Assembly (NCBI GenBank): GCA_045653705.1
Contig: JAZOMG010000038.1
Location: 44,994-108,993, forward strand
Direction of reading: 5' to 3'
Source of the DNA: Eubacteriales bacterium
GTDB taxonomy: Bacteria; Bacillota; Clostridia; Oscillospirales; CAG-272
DNA: 64,000 nucleotides
Position numbers and translations under genes: made by a program. Shown in pieces: positions 17,640-26,810 of this stretch. A model generated the notes under the pieces. The model saw nothing but the letters and a program-made list of their open reading frames with translations. It was not told where the DNA came from and did no database searches. Position 1 is the stretch's first letter; each line of letters opens with the position of its first letter.

Positions 17640-19115
17640 CTAAAACAAATAATAATTCTTTTCGGTGGAAAGGCTATCTGCGGGAACGTGATATTTTTTT
17701 GCCACGTCCCATACGCCCTCGCCGTCAGCGGGATAGTATACCACCATTCTGCATTTTCTTTCCGCATAGGGCTCGCCGAAGCGTGTTTCGCTTACAACGC
17801 TTATATCGGCACTGTCAAAAATACTTGTGTATGCCGCTATCTCGGCATCGATACTCAAGGTATCCCCGTCAGCCCTTGCGCGACAGGCTATTACGTCGGC
17901 AACCGCGTCAAAGGAAGCCTTATTTGCAAAAGCGCCGTCAATCTCATATTTTACAGGAAGCTCCACGTTACAAACACTGTACTCGCTATTTCTTTCGCAC
18001 AGCAGAGAATATCTGCACTGCCCCGAAAATACGTATTTACCGCCCGAATATTCACAGCCGTCAAGGCTTGCGTTGCCCCACGCATCAATTACCGACGCGC
18101 CCTCAGGCACACCCGCCTCTGCCGCGGAAATTCTTTCGCTGTGAGAGAAATTTCCATTGCCGCAGACCCGCACGGTAGGCAAGGAATAGCTTTCGGTCAG
18201 GCACTCGCATTCTCTGTCGGTAGAGTAAACGTCGGCTACGTAGCTCGCCTGCCTATTCACCGCTCCCATTCCGCAAAGCACCATAGATATATCGCATACC
18301 GCTCTTCCCTCTTCTACGTTTACGTTTATATCGGTAACGCGTCCGTATACCGAGCAGAGCGCATCGGATAAGGGCTCACTACTTTCAGCCGTTCCGCTAA
18401 AGGGTATCTTTTGGGTCACAGTCTCGGCTCTTCCGTTTTCCTTGCACACAAGGAGCTTCATTACCACGTCTCCCGATGCGTCAACGCCGTCCGAGCTTCT
18501 CCTTATATCTGCCACGGTAACCGTAGCATCCGCGCTTATTACGCGCATATCCTCGGAAAGACCGCCTATCTCACAGTTAAGCTCAATGGGGTCGGAGCTG
18601 AGAGCGCAAACAGTTGCGTTCTCAACATTTTTTCTCAGATATTGAATATCATCGCCGCCAAAATCACCCTCGCCCACAGACATATCGGCATAGGCTCTTA
18701 TATGGGAACGAAGTCTGTTTTTTATATTTATCCGTTTCGGCGCTGTAATCCTTGCAGAAATTCCCTCGCACACAGAGCTTACCACCACGGCTGTTCCGTC
18801 GGATAGGGTCTCATACCCGTTGTCGATGGGAACGGACACCTCGTATTCCGAGGAAAGCTCTGCCGAGTACAAGCCGCCGTCAGCGCCCACGTATAAAACC
18901 GAATAATCAATATTTCCGTTGCACTCAACGCCCGAACGGCTCACGTATCTTGCGGGGGGTAAAATTCTTCCCCGAACCGCCAGCACGCGTCGAGGCTCAG
19001 GAAGATGGTCGGGCAAGGTAAGGTCATCGGATACCTCGTGGCTTACCGTCCTGTCGGTCAAAAGCCCCGTAAGTCTACCCGAGCTGTCTCTCAAATTATC
19101 ATCCTTATTCATCAT
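17640..19115 (-). CDS. DUF3794 (SipL-like) domain protein with LysM-like C-terminus, probable spore-morphogenesis protein
   Basis: 491 aa with repeated beta-rich modules as in DUF3794. The C-terminal YYPADGEGVWDVAKKYHVPADSL resembles LysM. Assignment from memory of the family only. Confidence 0.45.
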   Translation of the reverse strand: MMNKDDNLRDSSGRLTGLLTDRTVSHEVSDDLTLPDHLPEPRRVLAVRGRILPPARYVSRSGVECNGNIDYSVLYVGADGGLYSAELSSEYEVSVPIDNGYETLSDGTAVVVSSVCEGISARITAPKRINIKNRLRSHIRAYADMSVGEGDFGGDDIQYLRKNVENATVCALSSDPIELNCEIGGLSEDMRVISADATVTVADIRRSSDGVDASGDVVMKLLVCKENGRAETVTQKIPFSGTAESSEPLSDALCSVYGRVTDINVNVEEGRAVCDISMVLCGMGAVNRQASYVADVYSTDRECECLTESYSLPTVRVCGNGNFSHSERISAAEAGVPEGASVIDAWGNASLDGCEYSGGKYVFSGQCRYSLLCERNSEYSVCNVELPVKYEIDGAFANKASFDAVADVIACRARADGDTLSIDAEIAAYTSIFDSADISVVSETRFGEPYAERKCRMVVYYPADGEGVWDVAKKYHVPADSLSTEKNYYLF

Positions 19116-19216
19116 AGCGTATCTCCTTTATGAAGTTCTTTACGCTAAATTCTATGATGCTATACATTTTTTTATGCTCTATGCGCCCCTTTCGGCTAAA
19201 GTATTTTAGTTTAATA

Positions 19217-19245
19217 TTGACATTTCGGCTCTAAAATGTTATAAT
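19217..19245 (+). promoter_or_regulatory. sigma-A-type promoter
   Basis: TTGACA, 17-nt spacer, TGT-TATAAT. Confidence 0.6.
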
Positions 19246-19308
19246 ATAATGAATATTTGTATTTTCATACCGATAGGATCAGAGATTTAGGGGAAAGGAG
19301 AGATTTTC

Positions 19309-20622
19309 GTGGTCACAGTTACAGACGTATTGCCAAAAAGCCGCGCCGCAAAAGCGGGAATCGTCGCAGGCGATATACTTATTTCTATCAACGGAAACGA
19401 GATAAACGACGTTCTTGATTACAGGTTTTACCTTGCCGACAAAAGCATCGAGCTCGCCATAGTCAGAGACGGCAGGGCAAGAAAATTCTCTATTCTCAAG
19501 CAGGAATACGATGACATCGGTCTCGAATTTGAAACGCCCCTTATGGACAAAAAGCACTCCTGTAAAAATCGGTGCGTTTTCTGCTTTATCGACCAGCTTC
19601 CAAAGGGAATGCGAAGCTCCCTTTATTTCAAGGATGACGATGACCGCCTTTCCTTTCTTCACGGCAATTACATCACGCTGACAAATCTTGGGGATAGCGA
19701 TATTGAACGCATAATAAAAATGCGCATCTCACCCGTAAATATTTCTGTTCATACCACAAATCCCGAGCTTAGGGTGAAAATGATGAAAAACAAGCGGGCG
19801 GGAGAGGTTCTCGATTATCTTCCACGGCTTGCCGAAGCGGGCATAACCCTCTGCTGTCAGATAGTTCTTTGCAAAGGGCTTAACGACGGCGAGGAGCTTT
19901 TGCGGACTATGTCCGACCTCGTATCCCTCTACCCTGCCCTTGAAAGCGTTTCGATAGTTCCCGCAGGGCTGACAAAATACAGAGACGGTCTTTACCCTCT
20001 TGAAGCCTTCACCCCCGAGGAATGTAAGGATATCATAAAGCAGGTCGAAGGCTTTGGCGATGACTGCCTTGAAAAATACGGCTCGCGGCTCTTTTTCCCC
20101 GCGGACGAGCTTTATATAAAATCGGGGCTTCCTCTGCCCGAGGACGGCTTTTACGAGGAATACGCTCAAATTCAAAACGGCGTTGGTATGATAACCGATA
20201 TGCGCGCTTCCTTTGATTACGAGCTTGAAAATATTTCGGAATACACCAAAGGCTTTTCTTCTCCGAGAACGGTTTCGGTTGCCACGGGATACGCGGCATA
20301 TTCGCATATTTCGGATATATGCCAAAGGCTTGAAGAAGCGGTTGACGGATTGAAGATAACCGTTTACCCGATAAAAAACGAATTTTTCGGGGAGCAGATA
20401 ACGGTAGCGGGACTTCTTACGGGTCAGGATATAGCAAGTCAGCTGTCAGGCAAGGAGCTTGGCGATGCGCTTCTTTTCCCCGCGGTCTGTCTGCGCGCCG
20501 AGGGAGACGTTTTTCTCGATGATATGACCCCCGAGGAGCTTTCGTGCAAGCTGGGCGTCAGATGTATACCCACAGGCAGCGATGCTTGCGAATTTATATC
20601 GGCGGCTCTTGGAATACTATAA
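19309..20622 (+). CDS. PDZ + DUF512 radical-SAM-like protein (conserved partner upstream of der)
   Basis: GTG start. PDZ-like N-terminus (AAKAGIVAGDILISING) and a Cys cluster HSCKNRCVFCF. Position directly upstream of der. Confidence 0.7.
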   Translation: MVTVTDVLPKSRAAKAGIVAGDILISINGNEINDVLDYRFYLADKSIELAIVRDGRARKFSILKQEYDDIGLEFETPLMDKKHSCKNRCVFCFIDQLPKGMRSSLYFKDDDDRLSFLHGNYITLTNLGDSDIERIIKMRISPVNISVHTTNPELRVKMMKNKRAGEVLDYLPRLAEAGITLCCQIVLCKGLNDGEELLRTMSDLVSLYPALESVSIVPAGLTKYRDGLYPLEAFTPEECKDIIKQVEGFGDDCLEKYGSRLFFPADELYIKSGLPLPEDGFYEEYAQIQNGVGMITDMRASFDYELENISEYTKGFSSPRTVSVATGYAAYSHISDICQRLEEAVDGLKITVYPIKNEFFGEQITVAGLLTGQDIASQLSGKELGDALLFPAVCLRAEGDVFLDDMTPEELSCKLGVRCIPTGSDACEFISAALGIL

Positions 20623-20657
20623 TTTACAGATAACTGACAAAAGGATGGTAATATAAA

Positions 20658-21989
20658 ATGTCAAAACCCATAGTAGCGATAGTCGGGCGACCCAATGTGG
20701 GAAAAAGCACGCTTTTCAACAAGCTTATAGGCGAGAGGCGTTCTATCGTTGAGGATGTTCCCGGTGTGACCCGCGACCGTATTTACGGAGAGACCGAATG
20801 GTGCGGCAGGTCGCTTATCGTCATTGACACAGGCGGTATCGAGCCTAAAACAGACGATATAATTTTGAAGCAGATGCGTTTTCAAGCAGAGATAGCCATT
20901 GAAAGCGCCGACGTTATAATCTTTATGTGCGACGTGCGCACAGGACTTACCGCAGATGACAAGGACATAGGCGTTATGCTCCAAAAAAGCGGAAAGCCCA
21001 TTATCCCCTGTATCAACAAATGCGACAGCGTAGGCTCGCTTCCCTTTGAGTTCTACGAGTTCTACGAGCTTGGATTTGACTGCGAGCCTATTGCCGTATC
21101 CTCCGTTCACGGAAGCGGTACGGGCGACCTGCTTGACGCTGTGCTGTCCGCTCTCCCCGAATATTCAGCCGAGGAAGAAGAGGATGACAGCATAAAGGTA
21201 GCCGTAATAGGCAAGCCTAACGCGGGTAAGTCCTCTATAATCAACAAAATGGTTGGACAAAACCGCCTTATCGTCTCCAATATTGCGGGTACTACCAGAG
21301 ACGCTGTTGACACAAGGCTTGAAAATGAGCAGGGCGCGTTTACGCTCATTGACACTGCGGGTATACGCCGTCAGTCGAAAATAAACGACAAAATAGAAAA
21401 ATACAGCGTTCTCCGCGCTCATATGGCGGTGGAGAGAGCCGACGTTTGTCTTATTATGATAGACGGAAGCGTTGGTATTACCGAGCAGGACGAAAAGATT
21501 GCGGGTATTGCCCACGAGGCAGGAAAGGCATCTATAATCGTTGTTAACAAGTGGGATGCGGTGGAAAAGGACAACAGCACCGTAAACCGCTTTAACGAGC
21601 GCATACGCACCGCCCTTGCCTATATGCCCTATGCGCCCATAGTTTACGTTTCGGCGATGACGGGTCAGCGCATAAATACCCTATACGAGCATATAAAGTA
21701 CGTTCACAATCAAGCTACCACGCGTATCGCCACGGGTATGCTCAACGACGTGCTTGCCGACGCGACCATGCGCGCTCAGCCCCCCTCCGATAAGGGCAAG
21801 CGCCTGAAGATATACTATATGACGCAGATATCGGTAGCTCCTCCCACGTTCGTTATCTTCTGTAACGATGCGGAGCTCTTCCACTTCTCTTATCAGAGAT
21901 ATCTTGAGAACTGTCTGCGCCAGACCTTTGGATTCAGCGGAACGCCCATAAGGCTTATTATACGCGAAAAGGGCGAGGAAAATAAATAA
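20658..21989 (+). CDS. der: ribosome-biogenesis GTPase Der (EngA)
   Basis: Two G domains (GRPNVGKST and GKPNAGKSS) plus a KH-like C-terminus. Confidence 0.95.
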   Translation: MSKPIVAIVGRPNVGKSTLFNKLIGERRSIVEDVPGVTRDRIYGETEWCGRSLIVIDTGGIEPKTDDIILKQMRFQAEIAIESADVIIFMCDVRTGLTADDKDIGVMLQKSGKPIIPCINKCDSVGSLPFEFYEFYELGFDCEPIAVSSVHGSGTGDLLDAVLSALPEYSAEEEEDDSIKVAVIGKPNAGKSSIINKMVGQNRLIVSNIAGTTRDAVDTRLENEQGAFTLIDTAGIRRQSKINDKIEKYSVLRAHMAVERADVCLIMIDGSVGITEQDEKIAGIAHEAGKASIIVVNKWDAVEKDNSTVNRFNERIRTALAYMPYAPIVYVSAMTGQRINTLYEHIKYVHNQATTRIATGMLNDVLADATMRAQPPSDKGKRLKIYYMTQISVAPPTFVIFCNDAELFHFSYQRYLENCLRQTFGFSGTPIRLIIREKGEENK

Positions 21990-22020
21990 AGGATAGCCTG
22001 TTGGCTACCAAGAGGTAAAA

Positions 22021-23301
22021 ATGTTTGTAGATAATGTAAAAATATATGTAAAGGCGGGAGACGGCGGTAACGGAGCTGTAGCCTTCCACCGTGAGAAATA
22101 CGTTTCCCACGGCGGTCCTGACGGAGGCGACGGCGGCAAGGGCGGAAATATAGTTTTCCGCGTTGACCTTGGCACAAATACCCTCCTCGCTTTCAGATAC
22201 CGCCACAAGTTCATAGCAGGCAACGGAGAAAACGGCAAGGGCGGAAAGTTTCACGGCGCAACCGCTCCCGACCTTATCGTAAGCGTGCCTGCGGGGACGC
22301 TTATCAGAGACGCGGCAACGGGAAAGATAATACACGATATGACCGAGGACGGCGGCGCGGATTATATCTGCTGTCGCGGCGGTCGGGGAGGCTTTGGCAA
22401 CAGGCATTTCGCCACCCCCACAAGACAGGTACCTATGTTTGCCAAAAGCGGCACCAAGGGCGAGGAAAAGGAGCTTATCCTTGAGCTTAAAATGCTTGCT
22501 GACGTTGGTCTTATCGGTTACCCCAGCGTTGGAAAATCCTCTATTCTATCACGTATAAGCTCGGCAAAGCCCAAAATTGCCGACTACCACTTCACCACCC
22601 TCTCGCCTAATCTGGGCGTTGTTTCCACAGGGGGAGAGAGCGGATTTGTAGCCGCCGATATCCCCGGACTTATAGAGGGCGCGGCAGACGGTGCGGGACT
22701 TGGACACGCATTTTTGCGCCACGTTGACCGCTGTCGGCTTCTGCTTCACGTGGTAGATATATCCTGTATGGAATACCGTGACCCCATTGATGACATCAAG
22801 AACATCAATTACGAGCTTCGCCGTTACAGCGAAGCCCTTGCCGAAAGACCTCAGATAATCATAGCCAACAAAAAGGATATGCTTGACCCCGAGCGGGTGG
22901 ATATCAATGAATTTGAGGAATTTGTCAGGGATAACGGCTGGGAGCTGATATACGTTTCGGCTATTACGGGCGAGGGGCTTGACAAAATGATAGCCCGTGC
23001 GGCAGAGATGCTCCGAGAGCTTCCCCCTATGCTTGTTTACGAAAGCGAATACACCCCCGAGGACGCATACGTTGGCGGAGCGAGAGAAACAACTATTCGA
23101 CGGGAAAACGATACCTTTATCGTAGAGGGCGAATGGCTCCTCAACCTTATGGGTCAGATAAATTTCGACGACTATGAATCCCTTAACTTCTTCCAGAGAG
23201 TTCTCAAAAACAGCGGTGTTTTCGAGCTTCTGGAGCAAAAGGGCTGTACCGACGGTATGACGGTATCTATTTACGATTTTGAATTTGATTATATAAAATA
23301 A
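22021..23301 (+). CDS. obg: GTPase Obg/CgtA
   Basis: MFVDNVKIYVKAGDGGNGAVAFHREKY..GGPDGGDGGKGG, then GYPSVGKSS and a C-terminal OCT domain. Confidence 0.95.
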   Translation: MFVDNVKIYVKAGDGGNGAVAFHREKYVSHGGPDGGDGGKGGNIVFRVDLGTNTLLAFRYRHKFIAGNGENGKGGKFHGATAPDLIVSVPAGTLIRDAATGKIIHDMTEDGGADYICCRGGRGGFGNRHFATPTRQVPMFAKSGTKGEEKELILELKMLADVGLIGYPSVGKSSILSRISSAKPKIADYHFTTLSPNLGVVSTGGESGFVAADIPGLIEGAADGAGLGHAFLRHVDRCRLLLHVVDISCMEYRDPIDDIKNINYELRRYSEALAERPQIIIANKKDMLDPERVDINEFEEFVRDNGWELIYVSAITGEGLDKMIARAAEMLRELPPMLVYESEYTPEDAYVGGARETTIRRENDTFIVEGEWLLNLMGQINFDDYESLNFFQRVLKNSGVFELLEQKGCTDGMTVSIYDFEFDYIK

Positions 23302-23322
23302 AAATTAAGGACGGTATGTATT

Positions 23323-23853
23323 ATGAACGTTTGGCATGACATTGACCCCAAAGTAATCAATCCCGATGATTTTAACGCGGTCATCGAGATACCCAAGGGA
23401 AGTAGCTGTAAGTATGAGATGGACAAGTATACGGGTATGCTCCGTCTTGACCGTATTCTCTATACCTCTACCCACTACCCCGCAAACTATGGCTTTATCC
23501 CCAGAACTCTTGCGGATGACGGAGACCCCTTAGACGTTCTTGTCCTCTGCAACCATCACCTCTATCCTATGACCCTTGTGCGTGTATACCCCATAGGCGT
23601 TATGCGAATGATAGACGACAATGCTCTTGACGACAAGATAATTGCCGTTCCTTTCTCCGACCCAAGCTATAATTCCTATAAGACGATAGACGACCTGCCC
23701 CCCCATATTTTCGACGAAATGATGCACTTCTTCTCGGTATACAAGCAGCTCGAAAACAAACAGACAGCCGTTAAGGAGCTTTTCGGTCCCGATGAGGCGC
23801 GTAAGATAATCGATAGCTGTATCAAAATGTACGGCGAAAAGTTCTCAAAATAA
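23323..23853 (+). CDS. ppa: inorganic pyrophosphatase (family I)
   Basis: 176 aa. IEIPKGS..KYE.D and YPANYGFIP.T...DGDPLDVLV. Confidence 0.9.
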   Translation: MNVWHDIDPKVINPDDFNAVIEIPKGSSCKYEMDKYTGMLRLDRILYTSTHYPANYGFIPRTLADDGDPLDVLVLCNHHLYPMTLVRVYPIGVMRMIDDNALDDKIIAVPFSDPSYNSYKTIDDLPPHIFDEMMHFFSVYKQLENKQTAVKELFGPDEARKIIDSCIKMYGEKFSK

Positions 23854-23868
23854 TTCGGGGGTATTACG

Positions 23869-24345
23869 GTGTCCATTGAAAAAGTCAGAGCGTATCTTAA
23901 GGAGCTATCCTTAGATGACAGAATAGCCGAGTTTGACGTTTCAAGCGCAACCGTTGAGCTTGCCGCGGCGGCTCTCGGCACAGAGGGCGGTCGTATAGCG
24001 AAAACCATTTCGCTCCACGGCAAGGACGGCGGATGTATCCTCGTTGTTTGCGCGGGCGACTATAAAATTGACAATCAAAAATTCAAGGCTCGCTTTGGCT
24101 TCAAGCCCAGAATGCTCTCCCCCGATGAAGCTCTTTCTATGACGGGGCACGCGGTAGGCGGTGTTTGTCCTTTCGCGCTTCCCGAGGGCGTTCCCGTATA
24201 TCTTGACGTGTCGATGCGGAGATTTGACACGGTCTACCCTGCCGCTGGCTCTTCAAACAGCGCCGTAAGGCTTTCCTGCGATGAGCTTTTTGCCGCTTCC
24301 CGTGCCCAAGGCTGGGAAGACCTGTGCAAGAGCCGCGAAAACTAA
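23869..24345 (+). CDS. ybaK: YbaK/EbsC-type aminoacyl-tRNA editing domain protein
   Basis: 158 aa, GTG start. ...GHAVGGVCPF... motif and typical size. Confidence 0.7.
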   Translation: MSIEKVRAYLKELSLDDRIAEFDVSSATVELAAAALGTEGGRIAKTISLHGKDGGCILVVCAGDYKIDNQKFKARFGFKPRMLSPDEALSMTGHAVGGVCPFALPEGVPVYLDVSMRRFDTVYPAAGSSNSAVRLSCDELFAASRAQGWEDLCKSREN

Positions 24346-24369
24346 AATTTTATTCGGTAAAGGTGTATT

Positions 24370-26373
24370 ATGGCAACAAAAAAAGAAACGCCAAAGCAAT
24401 ATAACGACCAAAGTATAAAGGCTCTTAAGGGAGCCGACAGAGTCCGTAAGCGCCCCGGAGTTATCTTCGGCTCGGACGGTCTTGAGGGATGTGAGCATTC
24501 ATTTTTCGAGATACTTTCAAACTCGGTGGATGAAGCCCGCGAGGGTCACGGAAACAATATAACCGTCACAGCCTACGCTGACCGTTCCATATGCGTTGAC
24601 GACCACGGACGCGGAGTTCCTCTCGGCTACAACGAATCCGAGGGAAGATGGAACTGGGATCTTATCTACTGCGAGCTTTACGCGGGCGGTAAATACGACA
24701 ACAACAACGGCGACTCCGCCTATGAGTTCCCCCTCGGTCTTAACGGTCTCGGAGCTTGCGCTACACAGTACAGCGCCGAATTTATGGACGTTTACTCCTA
24801 TGACGGAACCAACGAGTCGAAAATCAGCTTTAAAAAAGGCGAGCCTGTTAGTGAGCTTATTGTTCGCCCACTGGAGAAGAACGAGCGCAGAACGGGTACT
24901 GTTATCCGTTGGCGTCCCGACCTTGAGGTATTCACCGATATTAACATTCCCCATTCGTTCTTTATTGAGACTATGCGCCGTCAGTCGGTGGTAAACCCCG
25001 GTATATGCTTTACCCTCAGGCTTCAGGGTGATGACGGAAAATTTGAAGAACAGAAATTCCTCTATAAAAACGGCATATCCGACTATATCGCCGAGCTTGC
25101 GGGCGATACCTCTATGACGGCTCCCGTCCTTTGGCATCTTGAAACACAGGGGCGCGACCGCGCTGACAAGGACGAATACAAGCTGAAAGCCGATTTTTCA
25201 TTCTGCGTATCCAACACGGTAAACGCGCTTGAATATTATCACAACTCCAGCTTTCTTGAATACGGCGGCTCACCCGACAAGGCAGTAAAGGTAGCCTTTG
25301 TTTACGCCCTTGACAGATATTTAAAGAATATGGGGCTCTACAACAAAAACGAATCGAAAATAACCTTTTCTGATATATCCGACTGTCTCTTGCTTGTAAT
25401 AAACAGCTTTTCAACTATGACGTCCTATGAGAACCAGACCAAGAAGTCTATTACCAACGTATTTATCTACGAAGCTATGACGGCTTTCTTGAAGCAAAAT
25501 CTGGAGATATACTTCGTGGAAAATCCCTCGGCGGCAGAGACCTTTGCAAAGCAGGTCCTCGTTAACAAGAGAAGCCGCGAGAGCGCCGAAAAGGAAAGGC
25601 TTGACATAAAGAAAAAGCTGACAGGCTCTATCGACGTTGCCAACCGAGTAGAAAAATTCGTAAACTGCCGCTCCAAAGACCCAAGCGTCCGCGAGCTTTA
25701 CATAGTTGAGGGAGACTCGGCCCTGACCTCGGTAAAGCTTGCCCGCAACGCGGAATTTCAAGCGGTCATTCCCGTAAGAGGAAAGACCCTCAACTGTATG
25801 AAGAGCACCTACGACCAGATATTTAAGAGTGATATCATAACCGACCTCTTAAAGGTTATCGGCTGTGGAGTTGAGATCACAGGCAGAAAGGTCAAGGGCG
25901 ATATGGCGACCTTTGATTTAAATTCTCTCCGTTGGTCAAAGATCATCATCTGCACCGATGCCGACGAGGACGGCTTCCAGATCCGCACTCTGCTTCTCAC
26001 CCTTTTCTACCGTCTGCTCCCCACCCTGCTGAAAGAGGGCAAGGTGTTTATTGCGGAAACTCCGCTCTTTGAGATAACCGTTAAGGACGATATTTATTTC
26101 GCCTATGACGAGATGGAAAAGGCAGAGATACTCAAAAAGCTCGGTGACAAAAAATACACCATTCAGCGGTCTAAGGGTCTTGGTGAGAACGAGCCGGAGA
26201 TGATGTCAAAGACCACTATGCACCCCGCTACCCGCCGTCTTATTGCGGTAACTCCCACAGACGCGGCAAAGACAGAGGAAATGTTTGATACTCTCCTTGG
26301 CAACAATCTCCCCGCCCGTAAGGAATTTATTGCCCAAAACGGCAGCAGATACTTAAAGGACGCGGATATTTAA
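24370..26373 (+). CDS. type IIA DNA topoisomerase subunit B (GyrB/ParE family, ParE-like)
   Basis: GHKL ATPase N-terminus (LSNSVDEA, GLNGLGA), Toprim EGDSA and PVRGK, and the DADEDG block. No A-subunit gene is adjacent. Confidence 0.85.
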   Translation: MATKKETPKQYNDQSIKALKGADRVRKRPGVIFGSDGLEGCEHSFFEILSNSVDEAREGHGNNITVTAYADRSICVDDHGRGVPLGYNESEGRWNWDLIYCELYAGGKYDNNNGDSAYEFPLGLNGLGACATQYSAEFMDVYSYDGTNESKISFKKGEPVSELIVRPLEKNERRTGTVIRWRPDLEVFTDINIPHSFFIETMRRQSVVNPGICFTLRLQGDDGKFEEQKFLYKNGISDYIAELAGDTSMTAPVLWHLETQGRDRADKDEYKLKADFSFCVSNTVNALEYYHNSSFLEYGGSPDKAVKVAFVYALDRYLKNMGLYNKNESKITFSDISDCLLLVINSFSTMTSYENQTKKSITNVFIYEAMTAFLKQNLEIYFVENPSAAETFAKQVLVNKRSRESAEKERLDIKKKLTGSIDVANRVEKFVNCRSKDPSVRELYIVEGDSALTSVKLARNAEFQAVIPVRGKTLNCMKSTYDQIFKSDIITDLLKVIGCGVEITGRKVKGDMATFDLNSLRWSKIIICTDADEDGFQIRTLLLTLFYRLLPTLLKEGKVFIAETPLFEITVKDDIYFAYDEMEKAEILKKLGDKKYTIQRSKGLGENEPEMMSKTTMHPATRRLIAVTPTDAAKTEEMFDTLLGNNLPARKEFIAQNGSRYLKDADI

Positions 26374-26403
26374 CTTACTTTTCTTTTAAAAAAGAAAAGT
26401 AAG
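26374..26403. repeat. 30-nt AT-rich perfect palindrome CTTACTTTTCTTTT-AA-AAAAGAAAAGTAAG
   Basis: Read directly. A close relative, GCTACTTTCTTTT...AAAAGAAAGTAGC, lies at 47551-47578. Confidence 0.7.
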
Positions 26404-26468
26404 CAAAAAGAAAGCAAAACATTATACCTTAATCTTCGTTGTTAAGATAAAGTAACAACGGCAAAAAG

Positions 26469-26507
26469 CGGCTGTCTCAAGCGTGCGTTTGAGACAGCCG
26501 TCTTTTT
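26469..26507 (+). terminator. intrinsic terminator (CGGCTGTCTCAA...TTGAGACAGCCG + T-run)
   Basis: 12-bp stem followed by TCTTTTTC. It belongs to the GGCTGTC...GACAGCC terminator family. Confidence 0.75.
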
Positions 26508-26551
26508 CATATTTATCGTATACCTTATATAGCTAAACGCAACTAATCAAA

Positions 26552-26681
26552 AGCCTTCCCCAGCGGGGAAGGTGCCGAACGAACGTGAGGCGGATGAGGA
26601 GATCGAATTTTAAACACACAAACGGTGTTCTCCTCATCCGTCACTCCTTACGTCGTGCCACCTTCCCCGCTGGGGAAGGCT
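26552..26681. repeat. about 130-bp nested palindromic element (arms AGCCTTCCCCAGCGGGGAAGGTG, each arm itself a hairpin)
   Basis: The 23-nt arms are perfect inverted copies. The inner CGGATGAGGAG / CTCCTCATCCG pair is also inverted. Same architecture and size as 31074-31198 and 58722-58847. Confidence 0.75.
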
Positions 26682-26810
26682 AAAATTACATTGCAATTAT
26701 TTTTTGCTTTTTTCTATATTAAAAATAAACCTATAAAAACCAAATTCATCAATTAAAATTCCATAAAAGGGTCATAATAAAGATAGTTAATAAACTTTTG
26801 GGAGATTTTT

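Noticed and set aside
26520-26700. Whether the repeated palindromes (here and at 31074, 37594, 47397 and 58722) could be a CRISPR array.
   Set aside because: There are no direct repeats at regular spacing. The units are single inverted-repeat elements tens of kb apart, and no cas genes are present.
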